Positions 37,754 to 47,836 of a stretch of DNA of 64,000 nucleotides are shown piece after piece; positions within the stretch are counted from its first letter, which is position 1, and the number at the start of each line of letters is the position of its first letter. The notes beneath the pieces were generated by a model that saw only the letters and a list, made by a program, of their open reading frames with translations, did no database searches and was not told where the DNA came from. A program made the translations under genes and the position numbers. This DNA is from an uncultured Ferruginibacter sp. Lineage in GTDB: Bacteria > Bacteroidota > Bacteroidia > Chitinophagales > Chitinophagaceae. The stretch lies in contig CAYTQB010000003.1 in assembly GCA_964439615.1 (NCBI GenBank), positions 21,453 through 85,452 of the forward strand, written 5' to 3'.

Positions 37754-39907
37754 TTAATTGTTGCCTGGGTTATTATTTAATGAATCATTTGGTTCGGGTT
37801 TCTTTTTCGTATCCGGAAGTATCCCTTCTGTTTTAATCATTATTTTCTTATCACCACTATCCCTACGGGGCTGATTTGTGTTCCTGAGGTCTTCCTTATC
37901 TTTTTTTATCTGTTCCAGGGCCTCCTCTTCATCTCCCGCATCCACTTCCATTGTATCTTTTATTGACCTGATATATCCTTTTGCCAGTAGATAAGCAGAA
38001 TCTTTTCTATGCAATAAAGAATCAAGTGTTTTCATCTCGCTGTACACACGTGGAGGTATCAGGTTCAGGTTAACAAATTTATCAACAATGGCCTGGCGGC
38101 TGGCAGCAATGGTATCATTTAAATATTTTTCTATCATCAATCCAACGATTGGCGCAGCATAAGTACCACCAAAGCGTCCACTGTTTTCCACCACACACAT
38201 GATGGCTATTTTGGGGTTGTCTCTTGGCGCAAAGCCGCAGAAGAAGGCATGATTGGGTTGCTTAACTCCCCTGTAATAATTTTCAACAGTACCGGTCTTA
38301 CCACAAATGGCAATGCCAGCAACCCTTGCTCCTGCACCGGTACCACCGTCCACCACCGCCTGCATACCATCATGTACTACATTAAATACCGTATCAGGAA
38401 TATCCATGGCGCTGTGTTTCTCTTTGAACTTTGACAGCATATCAAATTCATCACCACCTTCAATGGAATCAACGAGATGAGGAATTTTATACCAGCCTTT
38501 ATTTGCGATGTAAGCCATTTCATTGGCCACCTGTATGGGTGTCACATTCACTTCTCCCTGCCCGATACTTACTGAACGGAAATTACAGTAATTCCACCTG
38601 CCCTTACCATAAGTTTTATCATACAATGACGATGAAGGAATAAGCCCGGGTTTTTCAAAAGGTACATCAACCCCAAGTTTATGCCCCAAGCCAAAGGCAG
38701 ACATATACCTGTCCCATACAGCCAGGCTACTGTCCTGGCTTGGATACCTGGGATTGGTTATTACCCGTTGCATGACAGTAGCAAAATAAGTATTATCCGA
38801 TATCCTTATCGCATTTCGCAGATCAAACGTACCAACGTCTAAACATTTCATGGGCTTACCTCCGCCACAACCATAGAATGCGCCCGAACAGGAAACCCTG
38901 AAATCAGTAGTGATCACTCCTTCGTGCAGCCCAACAAGCGCTTGCAAAGTTTTGAATGTGGAACCTGGTGAATAGATAGCGCCTACTGACCTGTTAAATA
39001 ATGGCTTGGCCGGACTTAATAATAATTCAGCAAAATGTTTTTTTCTTTCTGCACCAGTTAATAGTTTGGGTTTGTAGGTGGGGCTGCTCACCATACAAAG
39101 TATGCCTCCTGTCTTAGGGTCAACTGCAACTATCGACCCTAATTTGTTCTCCATTAACTTTTCGCCTAATTCCTGTAATTCTATATCTATAGAAGTATGC
39201 ATGTTTTGACCAGCAATGGCTGCAGTATCAAATTTTCCATTCTCCAATGGCTCGGTCAGGCGGTTCTTATTATCCCTTTTCCAGAATTCAATACCTCTTT
39301 GCCCCATCAATACTTTTTCATAGGTTCTTTCCAAACCCGCTTTCCCGATATAATCGCCCATTACATAACCCTGGTACTTCGGACTCTTCAAAATATTTGA
39401 ATCCACTTCGCCCAAATAACCAAGAATGTTTCCCCCGGCATCGTAAGGATAATCCCTTACCGAACGTTGTTGCAGATAATACCCGGGTACCAGCTTGTAC
39501 ATATTCTCATTGAGCTTTGCCATTTTTTCGTTGCTCAATAACGGTTCAAATATGGAAGCCCGGTAACTTTTATTTTTTATGATGGCGGTAATTATCCTTT
39601 TTTTGAACTCGGCTGTATCAATACCCAGGATATTGCAGAGCGTCATGGTATCTGTTCCTTTTATTTTTCCTGGAATGACCATCAGGTCGTAGATGATGGT
39701 GTTTTGTAAGATGGCCCTCCCCTTTCTGTCGTAAACAATACCACGGTCGGGGTAGATCACTTTACGGAATGTGCCCTGGTCATCTGCCTGCATCCTGTAT
39801 TTGGAGGAAAATAACTGCAGGTTGGCCAATTGCAAAATAATGATGACGAACATGCCGATAAAAACCAGCATGATCACAGTTTTTCTTGATTGGTTAAATA
39901 CAGGCAC
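37754..39907 (-). CDS. mrdA: Penicillin-binding protein 2 (GTG start) with a charged C-terminal tail
   Basis: PGSTFK (SxxK), SDN and GKTGT motifs; within the mre operon. Confidence 0.95.
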   Translation of the reverse strand: MPVFNQSRKTVIMLVFIGMFVIIILQLANLQLFSSKYRMQADDQGTFRKVIYPDRGIVYDRKGRAILQNTIIYDLMVIPGKIKGTDTMTLCNILGIDTAEFKKRIITAIIKNKSYRASIFEPLLSNEKMAKLNENMYKLVPGYYLQQRSVRDYPYDAGGNILGYLGEVDSNILKSPKYQGYVMGDYIGKAGLERTYEKVLMGQRGIEFWKRDNKNRLTEPLENGKFDTAAIAGQNMHTSIDIELQELGEKLMENKLGSIVAVDPKTGGILCMVSSPTYKPKLLTGAERKKHFAELLLSPAKPLFNRSVGAIYSPGSTFKTLQALVGLHEGVITTDFRVSCSGAFYGCGGGKPMKCLDVGTFDLRNAIRISDNTYFATVMQRVITNPRYPSQDSSLAVWDRYMSAFGLGHKLGVDVPFEKPGLIPSSSLYDKTYGKGRWNYCNFRSVSIGQGEVNVTPIQVANEMAYIANKGWYKIPHLVDSIEGGDEFDMLSKFKEKHSAMDIPDTVFNVVHDGMQAVVDGGTGAGARVAGIAICGKTGTVENYYRGVKQPNHAFFCGFAPRDNPKIAIMCVVENSGRFGGTYAAPIVGLMIEKYLNDTIAASRQAIVDKFVNLNLIPPRVYSEMKTLDSLLHRKDSAYLLAKGYIRSIKDTMEVDAGDEEEALEQIKKDKEDLRNTNQPRRDSGDKKIMIKTEGILPDTKKKPEPNDSLNNNPGNN

Positions 39908-39951
39908 TTACTTGTTTGATATTTGAGGTTTGATGTTTTTCATTACGGATC

Positions 39952-40485
39952 TTATATCGTATTTGTTCTGAATTTTTGTTTGCGTACAAACAACAACTCG
40001 GTTATAATAATCAAAAGCAAACTTACTGCAGTGGACAATAATGTTTTTAATATGAAGTACCAGATATTTCCAAACTGCCAGGCTTCCAGTAAAAACAGCC
40101 AGCCATGGTGAATGAATGTGAGCACCCCGGTAAATATCAAATAAGGCAACATGCCACCCATGCTTTTAAACGAAGGTTCCTCGTAATTGGTATCTGCACC
40201 CTCCTGCGGAATTAAAAGATTGACAAGAAAGGGGCGTATATAGGCTATCAGCACACAGGCAGCAGAATGAAAGCCCGGGTGATGGCGGAAACTATCCATG
40301 GTAAAGCCCAGGGCAAAGGCTATGATCATCTGCCAGGTACGCCCCATACGGAATGGCAACCACAAAATGAAAAGAAAGTAAATATAAGGCGTCACCATCT
40401 GGTGCAGCCGTATCTTATCCAGTACAAAAACCTGTACCAGTATGAACAGTGCAAAACGCAGAATATTTTTAACCAGTGTACTCAT
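39952..40485 (-). CDS. mreD: Rod shape-determining protein MreD
   Basis: Hydrophobic 177-aa protein between mreC and mrdA. Confidence 0.9.
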   Translation of the reverse strand: MSTLVKNILRFALFILVQVFVLDKIRLHQMVTPYIYFLFILWLPFRMGRTWQMIIAFALGFTMDSFRHHPGFHSAACVLIAYIRPFLVNLLIPQEGADTNYEEPSFKSMGGMLPYLIFTGVLTFIHHGWLFLLEAWQFGNIWYFILKTLLSTAVSLLLIIITELLFVRKQKFRTNTI

Positions 40486-40503
40486 GGGTTGGCCATAATA
40501 TCC

Positions 40504-41361
40504 TTATTGGATCTTCTTTTTTACTTTATCCAGCAAATTATTGATGTCTTCGGTTTGTTTATTGTCAATAGCAAATACATATTCCAGGTTATAAAAATTG
40601 GCTGCCGACCTGAACCTGATCAGGTAGTTGCTGGTACTTTTTTCAGGTATCAATTCTGTTACCGTACCAACGATCATCCCTTTCGGCAGGCTGGTACTGA
40701 ACCCGCTGGAGATAATTGTATCTCCCACGGCTACCTTAGCGCTTTTTGGAATACCGATAAGGGAAATAATATTAGGTATCCGGCCATCCCAGTTAAGTGT
40801 TCCGGTTTCTCCACTCTTCAATAATTTTCCGCTGATATGGCTGTCCTTATGCAAGAGGCTCATCACAACCGCATAGTCTTTACTAAGCTCTGTAATAATA
40901 CCTACCACACCATTGTTAGGATCTATAATACCCATGCCCTCTTTTAATTGTTGCGCCTGGCCCCTGCCCAATACAATAAAATTGTTTTGCGATGCTACCG
41001 AATTATATACCACTTTGGCGCCATAATAAGTATATTTTCTATGTTGCTCAATCGAATCAACCCGTATGGTATCAATTACAGTTTTGCTGGTGGTGTCGGG
41101 CAGTTCAAAGTTGGCTTTAAGTTTATTGTACAATTTCTCATTGGCGCTTACCAGTGAGTCATTGGTTTTTTTAAGCCTGAAATAATGCTCCACTCTGCTG
41201 TACTGTGTATTTACTTTACCGGTAAGCTGGTTTGCTATATTACCGAAGACCGCATTATGGTATTTGCTGTAATGAACGATCAAATAGATGCAGAACCCCT
41301 GCAATAAGAGGAAGAAAAGAAAATTAAAATACCTGCGAATGAAAAGAAAAATATTACGCAC
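40504..41361 (-). CDS. mreC: Rod shape-determining protein MreC (GTG start)
   Basis: N-terminal TM, GVVG, GDTIISSG and PKGMIVG motifs; operon position. Confidence 0.93.
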   Translation of the reverse strand: MRNIFLFIRRYFNFLFFLLLQGFCIYLIVHYSKYHNAVFGNIANQLTGKVNTQYSRVEHYFRLKKTNDSLVSANEKLYNKLKANFELPDTTSKTVIDTIRVDSIEQHRKYTYYGAKVVYNSVASQNNFIVLGRGQAQQLKEGMGIIDPNNGVVGIITELSKDYAVVMSLLHKDSHISGKLLKSGETGTLNWDGRIPNIISLIGIPKSAKVAVGDTIISSGFSTSLPKGMIVGTVTELIPEKSTSNYLIRFRSAANFYNLEYVFAIDNKQTEDINNLLDKVKKKIQ

Positions 41362-41375
41362 CGGGGAAGGATATT

Positions 41376-41458
41376 TTAAATATTGAATGTTAAATGCTGA
41401 ATTAAAGACTTTAAGTTTTTGTTACCCGCCATTTAAAATTCAAAATTCAACATGTAAC
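41376..41458. repeat. Inverted array of 7-nt units (TTGAATG / CATTCAA)
   Basis: Left ttaaata-ttgaatg-ttaaatg-ctgaatt; right atttaaa-attcaaa-attcaac-atgtaac. Confidence 0.7.
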
Positions 41459-41467
41459 ATAGAAATA

Positions 41468-42493
41468 CTATCTCATTACAAAAGGATACCTGTCATAATG
41501 TTTCAATGCAATACCTGTACCCCTTACCACACTTTTCAATGGATCGTCAGCCACATGAACCGGAAGTTTGATCTTTGCATTTAACCGTTTGTCAAGTCCT
41601 CTTAGCAAAGCACCACCACCGGTTATATATAATCCCCGGCGATAGATATCGGATGCCAGTTCAGGAGGAGTTGTTTCCAAAGCTTTCAGAATGGCTTCTT
41701 CAATCTTAAAAATACTCTTGTCTAATGCTTCGGCTACTTCCTGGTAACTAACCATCACTTGTTTAGGTATGCCGGTAACCAGGTCTCTTCCGTTAACCGG
41801 AATGTCGTCGGGTGGGTTTTCAAGGTCTTTTGTTGCAGCGCCAACCTGTATTTTTATCTGTTCTGCTGTACGTTCTCCAATCAATAAACTATGGTAACGA
41901 CGAAGGGCTTCCATAATATCGGCTGTAAACTCATCACCGGCAATACGAATACTTTGGTCGCAAACAATACCAGCGAGGGCAATTACAGTAATTCCCGTAG
42001 TACCACCACCAATATCGATGATCATATTACCAACAGGCTCTTCCACATCAATACCAATACCTAAGGCCGCAGCCATAGGCTCGTGTATAAGATAAACCTC
42101 CTTGGCTCCGGCCTGCTCGGCACTATCCCGTACGGCACGTTTTTCTACCTCGGTGATGCTGCTGGGTATGCATATCATCATACGCCAGCTGGGCGCAAAC
42201 AGTGGTTTTTTGGGATAGATGAGTTTGATCATTTCCCTGATCATCAACTCAGCAGCATTAAAGTCGGCAATTACCCCATCTTTTAAAGGGCGGACGGTGC
42301 GGATGCTTTCATGAGTCTTCTCATGCATCATCAGCGCTTTTTTACCTACTGCTAAAATGTTCTTCGGATTGTTCCGGTCTAATGCGACAATAGAGGGTTC
42401 ATTTACTACGATCTCATCATTGTGGATAATGAGGGTATTGGCTGTTCCTAGATCAATTGCAATTTCCTGTGTAAAAAAATTAAAAAGGCCCAT
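41468..42493 (-). CDS. mreB: Rod shape-determining protein MreB
   Basis: IDLGTANT, DIGGGTT and TGGGALL motifs. Confidence 0.98.
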   Translation of the reverse strand: MGLFNFFTQEIAIDLGTANTLIIHNDEIVVNEPSIVALDRNNPKNILAVGKKALMMHEKTHESIRTVRPLKDGVIADFNAAELMIREMIKLIYPKKPLFAPSWRMMICIPSSITEVEKRAVRDSAEQAGAKEVYLIHEPMAAALGIGIDVEEPVGNMIIDIGGGTTGITVIALAGIVCDQSIRIAGDEFTADIMEALRRYHSLLIGERTAEQIKIQVGAATKDLENPPDDIPVNGRDLVTGIPKQVMVSYQEVAEALDKSIFKIEEAILKALETTPPELASDIYRRGLYITGGGALLRGLDKRLNAKIKLPVHVADDPLKSVVRGTGIALKHYDRYPFVMR

Positions 42494-42736
42494 ATATGGT
42501 TTATGTGAAAAGGATTTTAATCAATGCCAGCAAAGTTGGTGGAAAATATTTGAAATAACAACGGCAAACCCTTTATTTTTCAACATTTTACAGAAAGTTT
42601 TACAAACCGGGTGTTTTGTCCAACCCGGTCTTCACCCCATATTCACCGGATTTTTTGTGCATCATTTTCTTGTTTGGGGAATGATTTTGATAAAACTAAA
42701 AGAACAAAAAACACAAACAAAAGAGAAGAAGAAAAA

Positions 42737-44032
42737 CTACAAAGCAAGGTCGGTTTTAAATTCATAACCAATGTCTGAACGAAAGTACATTCCTTCAAAA
42801 AATAATTGTTCCATTGCATAATTGGATTGTTCAACAGCTTCTGTAATATTATCGCCAAAAGAAGTGATGGTAAAAATTCTTCCTCCATTCGTAACAATCT
42901 TATCTCCATCTTTTTTTGTACCCGAATGAAAAATAATACTATCGGTCAAAGAATTTTCATTCAATCCACTGATCTCTTTTCCTTTCTCGTAATCTCCGGG
43001 ATAACCTCCACTAACAGCTACCACTGTTGCTGCAGCACGTTCATCAGTTTCAATGCTGATTTCATGCAGCCGGTTTTGCGATGCAGCGATTAATATTTCA
43101 ACGAGATCATTTTTTACTCTTGGTATCACCACTTCTGTTTCGGGATCGCCCATGCGGCAATTATATTCAATAACTTTTGGTTCACCGTTATCATTCATTA
43201 GTCCGAAAAAGATAAAACCTTTATATTCAAGCTTATCTTTTTTTAACCCTGCAATAGTTGGTTCAATAATTTTTTCTTTTACCTTCTTTAAAAAATCTTT
43301 ATCTACAAAAGGCAAAGGACTTACTGCACCCATACCACCTGTGTTGAGCCCTGTATCAGCTTCTCCTACTCTCTTATAATCTTTTGCTTCCGGAAGCAAC
43401 ACATAATGTTCTCCATCAGTTATCACAAACATGCTCAGTTCAATACCCTGAAGAAAATCTTCAATAACCACTTTCTTGCCAGCCTCACCAAATTTTGAAC
43501 GCAGCAGCATGAGATCAAATTCCGAAACAGCTTCCAGGTGGTTCTGACAGATCAATACACCTTTACCGGCAGCAAGCCCATCAGCTTTTAAAACTATCGG
43601 AGGCGTTTGCGCTTTAATATAATTAACCCCTTCTAAATATTTATCGGCAGTGAACTCTTCATAAGCGGCTGTTGGTATCCCATGCCTTTTCATAAATGCT
43701 TTTGCAAATGCCTTGCTTCCTTCTAACTGTGCAGCATTTTTTGATGGACCGATCACTTTTAATTTTTCAAAATCTTTCTTTCCCTGGAAAAAATCATATA
43801 TACCTTTTACCAATGGTTCTTCGGGGCCAACCAGAATAATATCAATAGCATGTTCTTTACATGCAGCAGAAAGTTTATCAAAATCTGTAGTAGCTATAGA
43901 AAGATTGGTACCACATAAAGCAGTGCCTGCATTACCGGGTGCAATAAATAATTGTTTGCATAACTTACTTTGTTTCATCTTCCAGGCCAGGGTATGCTCT
44001 CTTCCTCCTGAGCCAATTAACAGTATATTCAT
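42737..44032 (-). CDS. purD: Phosphoribosylamine-glycine ligase (likely start ATG 44032)
   Basis: IGSGGREH, GPEEPL, KADGLAAGKGV, NTGGMGA and EYNCRMGDPE motifs. Confidence 0.97.
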   Translation of the reverse strand: MNILLIGSGGREHTLAWKMKQSKLCKQLFIAPGNAGTALCGTNLSIATTDFDKLSAACKEHAIDIILVGPEEPLVKGIYDFFQGKKDFEKLKVIGPSKNAAQLEGSKAFAKAFMKRHGIPTAAYEEFTADKYLEGVNYIKAQTPPIVLKADGLAAGKGVLICQNHLEAVSEFDLMLLRSKFGEAGKKVVIEDFLQGIELSMFVITDGEHYVLLPEAKDYKRVGEADTGLNTGGMGAVSPLPFVDKDFLKKVKEKIIEPTIAGLKKDKLEYKGFIFFGLMNDNGEPKVIEYNCRMGDPETEVVIPRVKNDLVEILIAASQNRLHEISIETDERAAATVVAVSGGYPGDYEKGKEISGLNENSLTDSIIFHSGTKKDGDKIVTNGGRIFTITSFGDNITEAVEQSNYAMEQLFFEGMYFRSDIGYEFKTDLAL

Positions 44033-44248
44033 TGATGGTGTGATTGTGGTAGTGCTTGAGTTTATGGTTTGCGAATTTAAAATTCTGGCTGAAGATTTCA
44101 ATATTAATTTTTAAAACCCGGTTGGCACATAGGCTTTTTTCTTAACTTATCTTTTTAAAATAGGAGGACTGATTTTGATTGTACTAAAGAGAATTTCACT
44201 ATTTTGGGTAACTAAACCAACTAACGAGCATCTAAAAAATCACAAAAC

Positions 44249-46123
44249 ATGACTGAACAAGCAATAAAACAAACCGGCCACCCCAAGGGGTTATGGGTTC
44301 TTTTTGGAACAGAAATGTGGGAGCGTTTCAACTTTTATGGAATGAGGGCGCTTCTTTCATTATTTCTTGCTGAGGCATTATTAATGGGTGAAACCGAAGC
44401 TTCTATCATCTATGGAGGTTTCCTTGGCTTATGTTATCTCACCCCGATGCTGGGTGGTTATATTTCAGACAAATACCTGGGCAACCGCAACTGTATCTTA
44501 CTAGGCGGAACCGTCATGGGTATTGGCCAGTTACTGCTTTTCTTCAGCGGTACTTTATACAGCACCAATTTAGAACTGGCAAGGACCATTATGTGGCTGG
44601 CCCTTGTTGCGATCATATTTGGTAATGGCTTCTTTAAACCCAATATTTCTTCCATGGTAGGTAGCCTTTACCCCAAAGAGCAAAAAAATAAGCTGGATTC
44701 TGCTTTTACACTTTTTTACCTTGGTATAAATGTAGGTGCCACCCTCGGACAGATATTGTGCCCGATTGTTGGTGATGTTACAACAGATGGTGTAAGGGAC
44801 CTCACCGCATTCAAATGGGGTTTTCTTGTTGCAGCAGCAGCCATGTTTACCGGCACCCTGACCTTCCTGTTCTTAAAAAATAAATATGTAAAAACACCCG
44901 AAGGAGTTGCAATTGGTGGCAGGCCAAATAAATCAGATACACCTTCAGATGAGTCTGATACCGCAAAGTTTACGACCACAAATATTATCATTTCTATAGT
45001 TCTTCTGATCGCTGTTACTTACGGGTTCCATCTTGTATTTGATTCTCCCGGCGTTTCACTGATCAAAGCATGGCTTTACCCATTCATTTTTGCTTCAGGT
45101 ATCAGTTTGGGATTTCTGATCCTTTCCGATAAAACAATATCTAAAATAGAGCGTGACAGGATATGGGTCCTTTACATCGTTTGCTTCTTTGTAATGTTCT
45201 TCTGGGGGGCTTTCGAACAGGCAGGTTCTTCCTTAACCTTTATTGCCAATAACCAGACAGATACCCGGATACTTGGCTGGACTATGCAACCCAGTATGGT
45301 TCAAAGTTTCAACGGAATTTTTGTAATGGTATTTGCAATCCCCTTCAGCATTATGTGGGCCTGGATGAGTAAAAAAAGGCTTGAACCTATTTCACCGGTA
45401 AAACAGGCATGGGGATTATTACTGATAGCACTTGGTTATTTAATAATAGCAACCCAGGTAAAAGGCCTTGGGGATGGAGCTAAGATCGGTATCATATGGA
45501 TGATCGTTCTTTATCTGCTGCATACCTGGGGTGAACTTTGTTTATCTCCTATTGGTTTATCATTGGTAGCAAAGCTTGCACCAAAAAGATTTGCTTCACT
45601 GCTGATGGGTGTGTGGTTCCTCGGTAATGCAGGAGGATACGTTCTTACTGGTGTTCTCGGCGCATTACTTCCTCCATCGCCTGATAAATATATTGCCATG
45701 ACAAAAGAGAATGTGGACCTGAAGGCCATTCTTGAGGGTCAGAAGGAAGCAAGTGGAAGGGAATTGTTTATCCTGGGGCAGCAAAAGATCTCCTCGGCCA
45801 TTGATGTAAAGAAGGCAAAGGAAAATAATATTGATCTTGACAAAGCTTTTGAACAATCAAATGCCATGATCAAAGCAGCAGTAAAAAACAAAGACACAAC
45901 TTATACTATAAGCAAGACACTTGATTCTGTTTTAACACCTGCTCAATATGAGACCATCAAAGCCCAGGGACTTATAAAACCTGCGTATCCTTCCTTTATG
46001 GGATTCAAACTTAGGGATGTATACGATTTCTTCATGCTGTTCGTGGTGCTTTGCGGGCTGGCAGGACTTGTATTGTATGCCTTAACCCCCATGATGAAAA
46101 AGATGATGCATGGAGTAAGATAA
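44249..46123 (+). CDS. POT/PTR family di-/tripeptide:H+ symporter with a long C-terminal loop
   Basis: EMWERFNFYG (ExxER), GFFKPNIS, FEQAGSS and ELCLSPIGLS motifs. Confidence 0.93.
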   Translation: MTEQAIKQTGHPKGLWVLFGTEMWERFNFYGMRALLSLFLAEALLMGETEASIIYGGFLGLCYLTPMLGGYISDKYLGNRNCILLGGTVMGIGQLLLFFSGTLYSTNLELARTIMWLALVAIIFGNGFFKPNISSMVGSLYPKEQKNKLDSAFTLFYLGINVGATLGQILCPIVGDVTTDGVRDLTAFKWGFLVAAAAMFTGTLTFLFLKNKYVKTPEGVAIGGRPNKSDTPSDESDTAKFTTTNIIISIVLLIAVTYGFHLVFDSPGVSLIKAWLYPFIFASGISLGFLILSDKTISKIERDRIWVLYIVCFFVMFFWGAFEQAGSSLTFIANNQTDTRILGWTMQPSMVQSFNGIFVMVFAIPFSIMWAWMSKKRLEPISPVKQAWGLLLIALGYLIIATQVKGLGDGAKIGIIWMIVLYLLHTWGELCLSPIGLSLVAKLAPKRFASLLMGVWFLGNAGGYVLTGVLGALLPPSPDKYIAMTKENVDLKAILEGQKEASGRELFILGQQKISSAIDVKKAKENNIDLDKAFEQSNAMIKAAVKNKDTTYTISKTLDSVLTPAQYETIKAQGLIKPAYPSFMGFKLRDVYDFFMLFVVLCGLAGLVLYALTPMMKKMMHGVR

Positions 46124-46143
46124 GGTACTGATAAAATTATCTG

Positions 46144-46170
46144 AAAGGCGATCTCACAGTCGCCTTTTTA
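46144..46170 (+). terminator. Intrinsic terminator between the two POT genes
   Basis: AAAGGCGA-tctcacag-TCGCCTTT followed by TTATTT. Confidence 0.75.
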
Positions 46171-46193
46171 TTTGTTCTCTAAAACGATCTATT

Positions 46194-47834
46194 ATGTGGA
46201 AAAAACATCCTAAGGCTTTACCTTTTTTATTCTTCAGTGAAATGTGGGAACGGTTTGGTTATTATTTAATGATAGGCATTTTCACTTTTTATTTAAAAGA
46301 TGCCACCGCTGGGTTTAATATGGATGAAAAAGATTCGGCGAGCCTTTATGGAACTTTTATAGCCCTTGTATTTTTTACCCCGTTTTTAGGAGGCCTTATT
46401 GCTGACAGATACCTGGGCTACAGAAAATCTATAATTCTGGGCGGCCTTCTTATGGGTGCAGGTTACTGCCTGATGGGCATACACAGCATACAAATGCTTT
46501 ACGTTGCCATGACCTTGGTAATTGTAGGAAATGGTTTCTTTAAGCCAAATATTTCAACACTATTAGGTAATGTATATTCTGTTCCGGAGCATAAACATCA
46601 AAAAGATGAAGGGTACAATATTTTTTACATGGGCATAAATATTGGCGCTTTTATCTGCAATTTTTTTGGAGCAGCATTATATACCACAATCGGTTGGGCC
46701 GCTGCTTTTGCAGCAGCAGGAGTAGGAATGTTTATTGGCGTAATTGTATTTATTGCCGGCACCAAACATTATGCACAATTTGATGTACGTAAGCCATTAC
46801 AACCGGGAGACATGTCTTTGTGGAAAATAATGGCACTGGTTATTTTGCCTTGCCTGGTATTTGGCATCATTGGCTGGTTCATTAAAGGGGATGGCTACAT
46901 CTTTGATTCAAATTCAACCGATGCTTTCATTTTTGCATGCATACCTGTATTGCTTTTTTACACCGCATTGGTTTTTAAAAGCAATAAAGATGAACGGCCT
47001 GCAATGGGGGCAATGCTCTCCATTTTTTTAGTGGTTATATTATTTTGGGCTATTTTCAAACAAAATGGCAGCGCCTTAAATACATGGGCCAGCCGCTATA
47101 CAGAAAGGCATGTAAGCGGCTCAGGTGAAACTGTTTTATCTGCATTGAAACAAACGCAAACAATAGAATATAAAAAAGATACGGTAACAAAGCTGGATAA
47201 CCAGTTTAGAAAAGTGAAAATAAATGGCCAGGAAATAAAAGAATATAATTATCCTTCTTATTTCTTTAATATGGATTTTGCGAAAGATCCAATTACCGAG
47301 CCTGGTAAAATTAAAGCATGGGTGCCAAGCCTTAGTCAATCCATTAATCCTTTTTGGGTAATTGTACTTACTCCGCTGGTTGTTGTCTTTTTTACATGGC
47401 TTCGAAAAAAGGGTAAGGAGCCTTCTACACCTACCAAGATCGCATTTGGCTTATTATTATCAGCATTATCAGTTTTGGTTATGGTGGCAGCTGTAAAGAT
47501 CAGTAACAATGGCATTGAAAAAGTAAGCGTATGGTGGCTTATTGCCAGCTACGGTATTATTACCATTGGCGAGCTTTTTCTAAGCCCGATGGGATTATCA
47601 TTGGTATCAAAACTCAGCCCTGTCCGGATCACATCGCTAATGATGGGCGGATGGTTTCTATCTACTTCTATCGGCAATAAACTAAGTGGTATCCTTGCCA
47701 GCAAATGGGATGAATATGACAACAAAGCAAATTATTTCTGGCTGAATTTTATATTATTATTTGCTGCAGCAATATTGTTATTTGCCATGCTGAAATGGCT
47801 CAATAAGGTAATGAAAGAAAAAGGAGTAAACTAA
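46194..47834 (+). CDS. POT/PTR family peptide transporter, second paralog
   Basis: EMWERFGYY, GFFKPNIST and ELFLSPMGLS motifs. Confidence 0.93.
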   Translation: MWKKHPKALPFLFFSEMWERFGYYLMIGIFTFYLKDATAGFNMDEKDSASLYGTFIALVFFTPFLGGLIADRYLGYRKSIILGGLLMGAGYCLMGIHSIQMLYVAMTLVIVGNGFFKPNISTLLGNVYSVPEHKHQKDEGYNIFYMGINIGAFICNFFGAALYTTIGWAAAFAAAGVGMFIGVIVFIAGTKHYAQFDVRKPLQPGDMSLWKIMALVILPCLVFGIIGWFIKGDGYIFDSNSTDAFIFACIPVLLFYTALVFKSNKDERPAMGAMLSIFLVVILFWAIFKQNGSALNTWASRYTERHVSGSGETVLSALKQTQTIEYKKDTVTKLDNQFRKVKINGQEIKEYNYPSYFFNMDFAKDPITEPGKIKAWVPSLSQSINPFWVIVLTPLVVVFFTWLRKKGKEPSTPTKIAFGLLLSALSVLVMVAAVKISNNGIEKVSVWWLIASYGIITIGELFLSPMGLSLVSKLSPVRITSLMMGGWFLSTSIGNKLSGILASKWDEYDNKANYFWLNFILLFAAAILLFAMLKWLNKVMKEKGVN

Positions 47835-47836
47835 CC

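Noticed and set aside
44033-44248. Possible purine or ZTP riboswitch upstream of purD (also checked purA, gcvH and serS leaders)
   Set aside because: No recognisable riboswitch or T-box consensus; the leaders are AT-rich and unstructured.
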